The position numbers and the translations under genes are program-made. This document shows, in pieces, positions 49,741-60,673 of a stretch of DNA of 64,000 bases (the stretch's first letter is position 1; each line of letters starts with the position of its first letter). Where the stretch lies: positions 124,001 to 188,000 of the forward strand of contig VJWM01000003.1 of NCBI GenBank assembly GCA_010909165.1, written 5' to 3'. This DNA is from Anthoceros angustus. Its lineage: Eukaryota; Plantae; Anthocerotophyta. A model generated the notes under the pieces. The model ran no database searches. It saw only the letters and a list, made by a program, of their open reading frames with translations, and was not told where the DNA came from.

Positions 49741-49998
49741 TGGCATCTTCGATCAATCCACAACCAAGATGTAGGACATGGTGGCATCTTCGATCAATCC
49801 ACAACCAAGATGTAGGACATGGTGGCATCTTCGATCAATCCACAACCAAGATGTAGGACATGGTGGCATCTTCGATCAATCCACCACCAAGATGTAGGAC
49901 ATTGGAAATGTGCAGGGAAATTCACAACCAAGATGTAGGACATTGGAAATGTGCAGGGAAATTCACAACCAAGATGTAGGACATTGGAAATGTGTAGG
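49741..49998. repeat. 41-bp-period minisatellite with a constant 21-bp core and two alternative 20-bp halves
   Basis: Core cacaaccaagatgtaggacat at 49759, 49800, 49841, 49882 (one mismatch), 49923, 49964. Confidence 0.95.
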
Positions 49999-50305
49999 GA
50001 TAGGTGCTGCAAAGAGACAGATATTCCATGCCCCTCAGGACCTCCCATTGCTAGCAACACATTTACCATCAGCTCCTTACATCATTTATCCACAATGTCC
50101 CACTGCATGGGACTTAACTTGTGCCTTCTCCTGAAGACCGGCTCGCTGGTGGTGGTGACAATCTTGAACTTTATATGGTCATTTCTTCCTAGCTCTTTCC
50201 AACTGAACGCCAAGGTGTTTCGGTTTCACTCCAGCATGTCTCGAATCCTCTGCTGATCCAACTCATCCACATCCTTGCATATCTGCCAAAAACACGGTAT
50301 CTTTT

Positions 50306-50566
50306 GAAGGGGGTGAATATTCACGAAGGGGGTTTTCTGAAATTTATCTTCTGAAGGGGGTTTGACATGGATCTTGAACTGGTGGTTTTTGGGGTATGAA
50401 TAAATGTAAGGCCGAAAAGAAGGGTGGAAATTCCTATGAACCAGTGATACAAGGTCCATTTCATGCCAGCGGAGGGTTATGGTGCAAGAGGTAACCCTAT
50501 TTGGGATGCATTTAAGACCCATGACAAGGGCCATTCTTTGTCGATCCTGCGGTCTTTCTCGCAACA
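50306..50566 (+). mobile_element. Putative PPT + 3' LTR (GAAGGGGG|TGAATAT...CGCAACA)
   Basis: Polypurine tract at 50306-50313 followed by TG; ends CA at 50566; start and end resemble the element at 52486-52637. Confidence 0.45.
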
Positions 50567-51569
50567 ACCCTAAAGATTCGTAAAAGCACGGTGATCAAAA
50601 TTGGATGAGAGGCGAACCCGATGGCGGGAGCAAAGCATGTCGAGGAGTAGGCGCCGGCCGTGGCGCTCTCCCGCGATGATGCCTTGCGAGAGAGCGAGCC
50701 ATAATGGGATGTGTGTACAAAAGACTTTGGGTGTGGGTGGGTGGGTGGCTTCGCACACCCTCAATTGTGCCCGCAAATATAATCACATGGTTCGATCCCC
50801 ATTCGATGAATGAAGAAAAGTGTGGGGCAACGGTTCCCGCCAACATATCGCAGAAAAACATGCATGCTCATCGTGTGTTACTGTTAGTATGCCGCAATGC
50901 CGAGCGCAACTACCACCACACTCCCACATGTCCTTCCGCATGTAATGGAAAAAGGCTTGAACATTGGAAGTTATTAAGCATGGGAAGTCTACAACGGCAC
51001 ACGAGCCACAACCAAATTCCTATCATGGGCCTAGACTCTTTTCGAAATATGTCTGCGCTTGAAAATGTGCACTCCAAACTACGAATTGAGCTTCACGCAT
51101 AACCTCACCAATTGCCGTTGAAGATGACCTAACATTCGGAGGGTTTCCTACTCTTCGACTCCACGCCATCATCTTTGTTGGGCACGGCATCATGACCATC
51201 ATCTTCACTATCCTCGGTGGCACTTTGACTCATTGGTTGAATAAAGCCTCGCAATTCAATTAAGTTATTCTTGATTGCCTTCTTATCCACAGTACAAATG
51301 TTTCCGCCGTCAAGTTGAACTCATAATAGAGGATGACCGTTTGGTGAACAAAAACCTCTACTTACACGACAGTCTATTTCTACGATCTCAAAGTAATGCT
51401 ATGCTTCACGTTTTGGCGGGTACCTGAACATGCCCATATATTCTTCGAGAACGAAGCTGCACATAGTATAGAATGAATGAATGAATGAAAATAGGTCCAT
51501 AGGTGTTTTTGAAAATGTGTGCAACCATGGCATGAGAGGAGTTTCAATATACACATCCATAAAAGACTG

Positions 51570-51705
51570 GCCGGCGCCCTTCAACAAGCCTTGTACATGG
51601 GCGCCGGCCGGCCGGCGCCCTTCCCCAACAAGCCTTGTACATGGGCACCGGCCGGCCGGCGCCCTTCCCCAGCAAGCCTTGTACATGGGCGCCGGCCGGC
51701 GCCCT
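51570..51705. repeat. GC-rich 44-bp tandem repeat (3 units) with palindromic ccggccgg cores
   Basis: aagccttgtacatggg at 51586, 51630, 51674; perfect 18-bp palindrome gggcgccggccggcgccc at 51687-51704; related motif at 52445-52464. Confidence 0.9.
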
Positions 51706-52485
51706 CCCCGTGTATGTTCTCCTCATGGGCTGCCATTTATAAAATAAATAAATAGTGCTTCTCATATGTTTTAACCTAGGATAGTTACTCAAGTGGTTTG
51801 GAAATAGTTTGTACATGATTAGGTCATGGGTTCGAGTCTTGTAGAGGTGTGAAAAACTAGTCTTGTTGATTTTATGGGCGCATGGGCACGGCCATTTAAG
51901 GGCGCTAGCATGCCCCTCTATTGAGGCTGACTTGAGATGTGCAGGATATATTCCACAACGGATCCATGGGTATGAGGTTTTGCCAGATGCTGACGAAGAA
52001 TTGACATTAGAGGCCCACCGCAGAGGACTTGCGCAATTCTGGGCAAAGGAGGTGTGTATCAGCGAGAAGGACTCCCTGCAAGCGCAGGTGGTTTCCTTAA
52101 ACGCTAGGCGGCTGAAGACCAAAACTGGAGCCCTTTTGACAGAGGGACAGCAATCCTTGGATAGTGTTTGGCAGCCTTCCACGACCCCTGATGACGACGA
52201 CACACGACTAAACGAAGACACAAGGGCCTTGGGGAGAAGAGGAAGTGGGCGCATTCAATCAGCTATTGTGATGGATTGAGTTTGCTCTAGCCCGTCTGAG
52301 TCCCAAGTTAGCCCTAGGGAGTAGGCTTAGTGTTCTCATGTCATGTGCATCTGCTGCTTCTCTTAGTTCGCAATCACTTATGGACCCGTTGCATTGAGGC
52401 AATTGATGTCTTCAGTTTTCCTTGTTCCAAAGAAACAATGAAAAGGCGCCAGCCGGCCGGCGCCCTCTTGCCGTTTTGATTTCTA

Positions 52486-52637
52486 TGTTGTGCGAATACA
52501 GTTTTTCTCAATACCTACTCGTTGGAACATGGTCGACCTTTCTTTAAAAAGAGATAAAATGCATATTTCGGGACTGTGTGTAATGTGTGAAGAGGGTTTT
52601 CATTTCACGGAAGGGGGTTCGGATATTCACCCCCTTC
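52486..52637 (-). mobile_element. Putative PPT (52637-52630) + 144-bp 3' LTR (52629-52486)
   Basis: Minus strand reads GAAGGGGG TGAATATCCG...CGCACAACA, about 150 bp after the stop of the DNMT-like fragment. Confidence 0.55.
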
Positions 52638-52789
52638 ACAAGATATCGTGTTCAAACATGCGCAGGTTTCACATCCTTCCCTTCTGGCTGCAGCGGAGCC
52701 GTCTTTGCACTATTTGCAACGTGACTTCCTTTGTCCTGCTTTGCTGGAAAGTCACTCCCTTCATCAAGCATCTACAGATGGCTCCTACC

Positions 52790-53078
52790 TTATGCACGAC
52801 ATGCAACCAACTTCGTGGCCAGCCCAATGCCCACCAGCCATTGCAAACAGGTCAAGTCAAAAGCCTGTTCGATAAGCTTGCATCTATATGCTTCGAACAC
52901 GCCTCGTGTAAAAGTGCTGCCAACACCGAACCCCATAGCCCGTTCACGTTCCGATATTGTGGGATCTTCCACTTCGTCTCCATTTAGGTTCAGCACCATG
53001 CCATCACCTCCCCGTCAAAATGCAAATGACTGCGCGGTACTGACAAGTGTAGGCTCTTGTGAAGCAGGGTGGCAAGGG
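52790..53078 (-). pseudogene. C-terminal fragment of a DNMT3-like C5-cytosine methyltransferase
   Basis: PTLVSTAQSFAF*RGGDGMV...EDPTISERERAMGFGVGSTFTRGVFEAYRCKLIEQAFDLTCLQWL aligns by eye with DNMT3A motifs IX-X ([31 protein letters not shown]). TGA at 53015-53017. Confidence 0.65.
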
Positions 53079-53079
53079 T

Positions 53080-54529
53080 TCCCTGTGGCAAGATTGCTTT
53101 GACATATCTATCAGCTTGTGGCGGTTAGCATGCCCTAAGCGTGCATGCCACAGTGATGCCAACTGCTAGAATTCTAGGCGCGCTGTAGAATAAGCGGTGG
53201 CGGGCTGCTGACTAGCACATGCAGGTCATGTTCCGGCACACCCTTGAAGACACACACTGCAGGGTGGCCAACCTTGTAAAAGCAGCAACCCTCACTGTCA
53301 ACACGCATCTCATAGATACGGGATTGCATGAGTTTGCTCAAGGACAACAGGTTCTTGGCCATATCCGGAACAAAGAGTACACCATGGACAACAAAGGTCG
53401 AACCATCGTCAAGGAGAAAGGTACAGGTACCATGACCCTCAACTCGCAGGCTTGTATCACTCCGTTCATCCCTTAGCAGCACCTTGTCTTTCATGTTACA
53501 TAGAATTAGGTTCGAAAACAAGTGCTGATCATTGCAGATGTGTGTGGTAGCGCCTGAATCCAAGTACCAGCATCCAGCATCGTGCAAAGAGCTTGTGAGG
53601 CAAACGGTAAGGATTTTTACAGTCCCTTTTGAGCTGTCGCCCTTTTCCTTCACTGCAACGTGTGCTGACTGCTTTTGGACTTTCTGCGGCTCGCCGGCCT
53701 TCTTCTTCCGGCAGTCACGGGCCCAATGGCCAGCCACACCACACCAGTTGCAAGTTCCAGTTCGCTTGAGGGGGGGAGACGAACCAGAAGATGTATTTGT
53801 TCGACCTCCAGGCGGTTTTCCAGGTACTTTCTGAGTTCTGAATTTTGCAGCAAGGACTCTGTCACCTTTGGACTTGTGTCCCCCTACAGAGTTAATACGA
53901 CCCTGTTCTTCTTGAAACAGGGCACCTATGATTTCTTCCACCGTGATGGGAGGAGAAGCACTAGCTTGCTGGGTCTGGCGGATAGGACCTTTGAAACTAC
54001 TGATAAAGGTTTGATATGAGGGTGGCAGGGAAGTCAACAACTGTGCTGCAACCTCAACTTCATCAGTCTTGGATCCAAAAGCCTTCATCTGGGCTCGCAG
54101 CTGTCTGAATTTTGTGACGTGAGGAGCAACTCTCTCACCTTCACGCAAGCGAAGTGAGTAGAACTCCATACGCACAGCATTATACGCATGCATGTTCTGT
54201 ACATCATACGTTGCTGCGAGTTGATCCCAGATGCCCTTCCCAGTAGTATGGTACTCAACATCAGGTACGAGAACCTCATCTAGACCATGGACCAATACTG
54301 CTGATGCTTTGGAATTTAAACGATCCCATTTTTCTATGTCTGCTGCAGAGGGGGGAGGGCTGGCATTAGGATCTGGCTTTGGGGATATCCCATCTACCAC
54401 TTCCCACACCCCTCTACCAATGAGGGTGGTTTTCATGCGGACCTTCCAAACAGCATATTTGGTCCCATTGAACCGATCCTTTTCCTTCAATTCTGAGGTA
54501 AATGTAGGATTCAGTAGTTGGGTGGCCAT
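53080..54529 (-). mobile_element. Ty1/copia gag-protease-GAG-pre-integrase, truncated before integrase
   Basis: RFNGTKYAVWKVRM, UBN2-type gag, CNWCGVAGHWARDC zinc knuckle, WYLDSGATTHIC protease, VLFVPDMAKNLLSLSKL, then frameshifted LWHARLGH (53153-53130) and NLATG. Confidence 0.95.
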
Positions 54530-55059
54530 CTGAACTACAAGGTAAAGTTGAAGAAACTACTTAATGTTCTTTCTAGATGCTTTGACTGCTGACAAGAGCA
54601 GGACAGGCTAGCACACACTCGTGATTATGATCAGAGTTAGTTGATAGCCTTCAGGCTCTTATGCAGACAATACGATTGGAGTAAAGATGCCTCACTTGTT
54701 ACTAACCTAGGTGATGCAGGAAGGAGCACGCGGGGCGGTGCTGGTGTGGGTCCAAAACATGATCATGTGGGCTGCTCGCTCATCGTCTCCCTCTCCGGCA
54801 TGCAAGGGGTTAGTCGGCATGTCTGAGGCATATGCTCGTTCATATGCTATCTCGAGTTCGCTAACCGCTGTGTGTTCCTCTCCTTGGACGAAGCACACAG
54901 GATGGAGAGGCTGAATACGGAAGGCTTGAAGAATCGCAAGGAGGTGCCGGTGTCTGTTGGGGTGGTGAAGCGGTGAGGACCCTTCACACCCGTCTCTTCA
55001 CACGAACAGCACCGCTTCGATTCTCCCTCGCGCCGTTTCAGCTTTCTGCAGCGGAAGTT

Positions 55060-55720
55060 TCACAAGAGAACTGATTCTTGGCGCTCTGGGGCCAAGGCTC
55101 GGCTCAATTCACACACTTTGAAGTTCAATTGGGTCATCATTTCTGCCAAGCTACTGATTTCCTGTGTAAAATCGGTGTTGGTAGCCAGGCGGCTGATGTC
55201 AATCTTCAAATCTGTGTATGTTTCGTCGATTCTTTGCCCAAGGCTCTCATCAGTTTCTTGGATGTCGTTCTTAAGAGATTCCTGCCGTGACAGCAACAGG
55301 GTAAGTGTCTTCTCAACTCTCGTGGCCACTGCCAGTGATTGAAGCGCAACGCCCGATCATGCTCACGGCCTCGGTTGATCGCTTTTGTTCATGTAGACCG
55401 AAGCTTGAAGAATTGATTCGACTCCAGGAATTTCCGGCCTTCTGCAGAACAGTTCTGGATTTTGTCCTTTCTGTATACAGCGTGCCGAACAAAACGTCTG
55501 TACGCTGATTTGGAAAGGGAAATCTACGCTGTTGAGAGGGGTTTGGACCAGAATGCCTATTGGCTAGGTTTTTGAGCCAGAGACGCGAGTAATCCTGCTC
55601 GTAGAGATCTAGCACTGTCTCCGTAGGTAGGTATTGTGGATTTTGTGGGTAGGTGCCCTCAACGCGTCCACGAACACTTCTACGGTTGCTCCTCGTACGG
55701 CGATTACCCGATCTCGGCAT
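55060..55720 (-). mobile_element. Additional ORF(s) between the PBS and copia gag (Arg-rich N-terminus, coiled coil)
   Basis: ATG about 30 nt after the PBS (MPRSGNRRTRSNRR...); overlapping ORF 55329-55060 is heptad-rich (LKNDIQETDESLGQRIDETYTDLKIDISRL). Confidence 0.5.
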
Positions 55721-55752
55721 TTTCTATAAATGTAAATGGTAGATCAAGCGGA

Positions 55753-55764
55753 GCTCTGATACCA
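55753..55764 (-). promoter_or_regulatory. Primer-binding site for tRNA-iMet
   Basis: TGGTATCAGAGC immediately after the LTR end ...AAACA. Confidence 0.92.
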
Positions 55765-55924
55765 TGTTTCTTTTGTAAGCTGACGAGCGTACAAGATAAA
55801 CTTTCATCAAAACAAATAATGAATACAAAAAGTGTTTGAGTTGTGTCTTTTATACTTGACTAGATAACGCTTCACTTAACCCTAACGACCGTTACTTAAC
55901 TAGAGGTTGGCTTTATCTCCAACA
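55765..55924 (-). mobile_element. 5' LTR, 160 bp, TGTT...AACA
   Basis: Begins TGTTGGAG, contains TATAAAA, ends AAACA next to the PBS; no matching 3' LTR seen in the window. Confidence 0.85.
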
Positions 55925-56370
55925 GGGGGCTATCAAAGTCAGGAAATATAGCAGGATGCAAGCAGGTCACCAATTCATTCCGCTCGCCCTTGAAACATAT
56001 GGGGCGTTGGCTAAGGACTTCGATATTTTTCTCAAGTCTTGCACTAAGGCTTATCATGCCCGCAGACACGGAGCGGGGCTGTCCAACCTCCTATTTGACT
56101 GTATTCTTCAGACTGCAAGTGTCAATTGCTCTTCAACGAGCCCTCTCTACGGTGATCATCCACAAAGCAGCGACAACATGTGACGCATCTTCCTCTACCT
56201 CCGTAGTTTGTAGGCCGTTTTCTCTTCCCGCGTATGACATTGTAGGCGCAGTCAGTAACTTCCGGTAGGTAGCTTTGTTATTCCTTTTCACCTCGACCCT
56301 CGTATGACGTCGCAGGCACAGTCGGTAACTTCCGATAGGTAGCTTTGTTATTCCTTTTCACCTCGACCCT
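55925..56370 (+). mobile_element. Second RLE non-LTR 3' fragment, cut by the LTR insertion, with a 70-bp duplicated 3' region (56231-56300/56301-56370)
   Basis: KVRKYSRMQAGHQFIPLALETYG and SIALQRA parallel the 39.5-kb copy. Confidence 0.75.
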
Positions 56371-56658
56371 CATGGTCCCCCTTGGTTGTCCTTTGCTGGA
56401 TGGTCTTCTCCCATCAAAATTTTTCCCTCAATAAACGGTCTAATATATAATAAATATGGTCTAATATATAATAAATATGATGAAGCCCAGTCCTGAAGTA
56501 TGTGCCATCATCAACAACTCGGTAGTCTAACACATATGATAACTACGGTCATCAACAACTTGATAGTCTAACATATAATAACTACAGGGACATGGGACTC
56601 GGAGAACGAGGGGGGTGAGGAGGGCCAAGAGGACGAGGGGGATGAGTCCAATTCTGTA

Positions 56659-57940
56659 ATGGATGATCTTATAGATAAGAGATTTAATAGTCAAGATGTT
56701 ATCATTAGAGAATTGCAAAAGGATCTTGAATCGGCAAGCTCATGGGCTAAAGATTTTGAGGCATCTTTCCAGGTCCAGTTTGATTCATTGCTTTTACAAG
56801 TCAATGCCTTGCAAATTCCTGTTCCTTGTGTGGGTTGCTTGTTGAAGGCAGATTTGGCACCTAGTTTGGAAGGCTACAAGAAGGTTATTCTCGAGCTTAT
56901 TCATGCACAGAGGGAAGAAATGCATAGTTATATGGCCAAAAAGTTGCAGGGTTTAGATGACCAAGTTGAAAGACTCTCGGAAAGATTGGTGGAGCAAGGG
57001 TTACAAAATGAAGTTTCAGCTTCATACTCCGTTGTTGAACGGTTGCTTTGATGTTTAAGTGGTGTGCTCTTGTGAATCACTCGACTCTTTTGAGAATTTC
57101 TTTGTGATCCACGACGGATTGAAGCTTTAATTGGTCGAAAGTTTCCGTTTGGCAATCAAATAAAAGAGTTTCTCGATGGGTTGCCTCCCAAAATTGCAAT
57201 GAGGATGGAAATCTTGAGCAAGAGCATGAGGACTGGAAAGGGATCATAGAGGAGAAAGCCATCAATTTGGAAAATCATTTGACTTCAACGAAACAAGTTT
57301 TACCTACATATTTGGAGAAGCTTACAGGTAAAAACCTCGAGGAGAATGATCCCCTGCTCCTTCTTGTCCTAGTGGCAACATAGTATCGAAAGTTGTTTTC
57401 GAGACGGCGGATAGTGCTCGCCGTGCTTTGAACTTGAGAATTTCTGGTCTTGGTAATGACATTGTTGCACCACTTGTGGCTGTAAAGGAGTTTCTCAATA
57501 GGCTAGAGGTCGATAAGGTCGTTCCTCGAGCCTTCTGACTTGGAAAGGATCCTGGTAGGGAGCGCATATTGATTATGACTTTTCATTCTATGGATGATCG
57601 CCTCTAGGTTATGAAGGCTAGGTCTATGTTACGGACAACTCAGTTATATATCAATGAGGATCGTACACCATTGCCATGGAAGACTAAGAAGGAGAAGTTA
57701 CCCGCTTTCAGAGCAACTCGTGCTGCAAGTCAAGTGGCTTTCTTTCGTGGGCATGAATTGGTGGTGTTTGGCCCTCGTTCATGCAATTTCATAGACACTG
57801 TTGATTGATTGAAGATTATTTGTCTTGTTTGAATTTTACCTTTACATTCCTCCATACCATTTTACCGCAATCCATGTAGTTATCATATTTCAGTCCCATG
57901 ACGGATATCCGTCCTTAGTGGACTTAAATAAAATTCTTCT
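56659..57940 (+). mobile_element. LINE ORF1-like (L1 transposase-like) remnant ending in a 3' stem-loop and TTC tail
   Basis: Coiled-coil N-terminus; C-terminal LRTTQLYINEDRTP...RAASQVAFFRGHELVV resembles ORF1p C-termini; frameshifted; no RT seen. Confidence 0.55.
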
Positions 57941-58587
57941 ACAGTGACGCCGAGTCACTCTTGGAGGGTACAGTCCTTGCAATCGCAGCAAATGCAAGCA
58001 CAATAGGCAGAATAATAGAACGCATAATAGTTTATAATTGGCTACAATAATGTAAGGATATAAAAAGGAAAAACTCGGTGAATATGAACTGTGTGTATAT
58101 ATGGTGTAGTGACTTGTGGAACAGAAATCGACGCTCATCTCATAGAGATGGTTGATACCGCGTAATGTACGCGTCTCGCAGCGTTTTGCGATATAAACTC
58201 GTTCAGTCTAAGACTGCATCAGGCGTCTATATGTGTATTTCGCAGGAATGAAATGTGAGGCCTGAAACATTACCCACTCGGAACATTTGGGAACATCTGG
58301 CAACGAGATGCACAAGTGCGGCACAGTGGACTGCCGCCCATATATGTTAAGACGCATCGGAAGAGACAGAGCATCACCGCAGAAATCCGTGACGTCCCTT
58401 CCCTTCATCTCCTCAAGCACAAGTCTTACGGGGTACCGACGTGCTGATCCCGGCGTTACTGGCTTCCTGGTATAGGACCTTGCAAGAACCATTCTTAGGG
58501 TGTGGAGTTGCCTCCATCTAGCTCGTGGATTGGACACCTCCAGGAAGGCCAGGAGCTGCGAAAGCTTGGGTCGGCTGGATTTTGGAG

Positions 58588-60186
58588 ATGGAGATCAGAT
58601 GGCTGGCGGTCCTAGCGCTCTCTCTTCTTCTCATGTCATGCTCTGACGCGGTGCCGCTTATCTCCTCCAAGGACAACACAAGCACTGCCGCATTTGCTAT
58701 GGTCACGGTATGGATTTCAGCATTGTTGCGTGATCTTGGGTCGTCTTTCGATTTGCGATCACTCCCGGGTTGACTAGGTTTTGGTTCTTTCCATATGGGA
58801 GGATGCGCTGTATGGCTTGGTTTTGTCTCATCCCGCCCTGTGGAATGGTTTTTGGAGGCTTTTGCCTGTCGAAAGAGTGGGGTAGCAGCCCTCTGAATCT
58901 GCGGTGTCGTTTTTGTTTCTGTAGGATGTAGCTGGAGCCGTGTCGAAGAGACTCGGATGGAATATCGATGACGTGACTATCTCGAAGATTGATATGGTGG
59001 ATGCAAAGATAGGACAGTCAGTGGTATATGAGGTTGATATCGAAGTCGGAGGCACCGTTATACCAGTGAAGCTCTCTGAGGAGGTGACGAATTGGAAGTA
59101 TGTGGTTGAGGACCCCTATAACGAGAACACTGAAAACACAGATGGAGGGGAAGAGAGCAAGGCTCTGGATAATTGGCAGCCAGATACACCGGTGCTGTCC
59201 CCGTTCGAAATAGCAGGGCCTGTGGAGCTTTGGATTTCAGATGCAGAGCAGATGAGGCTTGCTGTACCGGTACGTCTTTGATCATGGTCCTGTAATAGCG
59301 TTGTGTTGTGTAGATCTCCCATTAAATGTGGGACACAGAGGATCTCACCACTAGTTTTCTGTTGTGCTTGCAGAACGATGTGGAGGCAGGAATCTTGAAT
59401 CGTGTGATGCTTGCTGATGGAGCCGTGGTTACAGTGGAGGGAGCCAGGGAGGTCAGTCTCACTCGTCCTCTGCAGCTCCCCTTGCCGCTTGTGGGAGCTG
59501 GTGCTGAAGGAGGGGTTGCAGCTAGTCTCATAGATCTGGCTTCTCGTCTTCGTTTTACTTCCCAAATTGGAGAAAAACCCATTCTGTCTTTGCGAATAGT
59601 TGGTCCAAGCTCACTGGTTGCAGCTGCTGTTCGTGAATCGGGTGAATCGGATGCTAGTGTTTCCAAGTTGAAGGTTAAGAGGCTTGCACCAGGGGCTGTG
59701 GAGCTCGTTTCCGGACAGCCATCACCAGCCAAGACATCTGAGCGAATTCTCTCGTCAGTTGCTGTGGGTGATTCAATGTTGTGGCCTCTTCCTTCCCTCA
59801 ACGGATCTAATGCCAAGCTTCTGCACTTGGAACGGGCATTAATGGTGTTGCTTGGCAAACAAGCCTTCAAGAGGGGCTCCTTCAAGCTTTTGGGTGCTAA
59901 GGCGTCAGCTGCAACTTTTGTGCAGTTCGAATTCGAGCTAGAGAGGAAAATAAACAAGACAGAAATGCCTGAGCTATGGCCGGAGTGGGCAACGTTTCCC
60001 TCAGTTGATAGGTATCAGTTTGAAGTTCTAGCGATGCTGGAGGGGCAGCGGTTGGTACCTGTGACTATGCACCAGCTTGAACCTGTGCACTCGACTATCA
60101 CCTTTGATAATGGCTGGGGTCGTGGTAACGTCTCCTACACGAATCTACCGATGTTTCTAGTTCCCCCAGGTGCTATGACTTTGTAG
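58588..60186 (+). CDS. TIN1: TUNICAMYCIN INDUCED 1-like secreted protein; exons 58588-58707, 58925-59269, 59374-60186 (425 aa)
   Basis: Signal peptide; PVLSPFEIAGPVELWI, LADGAVVTVEGAREVSL, LSLRIVGPSSL, KLKVKRLAPGAVEL, WPLPSLNGSN match At5g64510 motifs as I recall them; GT-AG introns in frame. Confidence 0.9.
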
Positions 60187-60673
60187 ATGTGCAGCTAATC
60201 TCCAGTCATCAACGGGCGGTGTGAGTTGTCGTTCAGTGGAGAAAGTGAGTCACCTCATTGGTTCTCCTGGAAGTGTTGGGAGCAGTTGAGAAGTATCATG
60301 CTGCCCAGAAGGAAGGGTGGGCCTTCCGGAATGAGGTGGGTCACTTTTCTTAGGGAGGCTGCATGCTTGTCGTTGTACATAGACTATTTGACATAGGACT
60401 GGAAGGAGGAGGGGTTGACAAGTATTCACCGAAGAGGATTGTGAAAAAGTAAAGAGAAGTGTGCTTCATTCATTGTTGAAGCTGGATAATTTTAGTGTAG
60501 CCTAGTTTGCAAGTTGTTTGCAGCTAGAGATCGAGGCATCACAATCGTAATTGTAATTGCGGCGAAGATGTCACAGCAGGAAAAGTCAGTCTACTTTGTA
60601 GAAGGGTGGGAATGTGGGCACCACAATCGCAATTGGAATTGCGGCAAAAATTGTCCAGCAGGAGAATGTGACA

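Noticed and set aside
49741-49998. CRISPR-like repeat-spacer array
   Set aside because: The spacers are only two repeated sequences, no cas genes are seen, and the context is plant nuclear DNA.
49950-50300. Second DNMT-like C-terminus before the plus-strand PPT
   Set aside because: Only faint similarity (SNTFT...CMGLNLCLL) and no ERExxMGF motif; needs a profile search.
50600-51350. Ulp1-like protease of a DNA transposon (minus strand)
   Set aside because: FPLHAEGH and ACMFFC are suggestive, but the catalytic motifs are not clean and the frame has many stops.
52486-55924. One intact DNMT-carrying copia element
   Set aside because: The two LTR candidates do not match, no TSD was identified, and INT/RT/RNaseH are missing; treated as a chimera.
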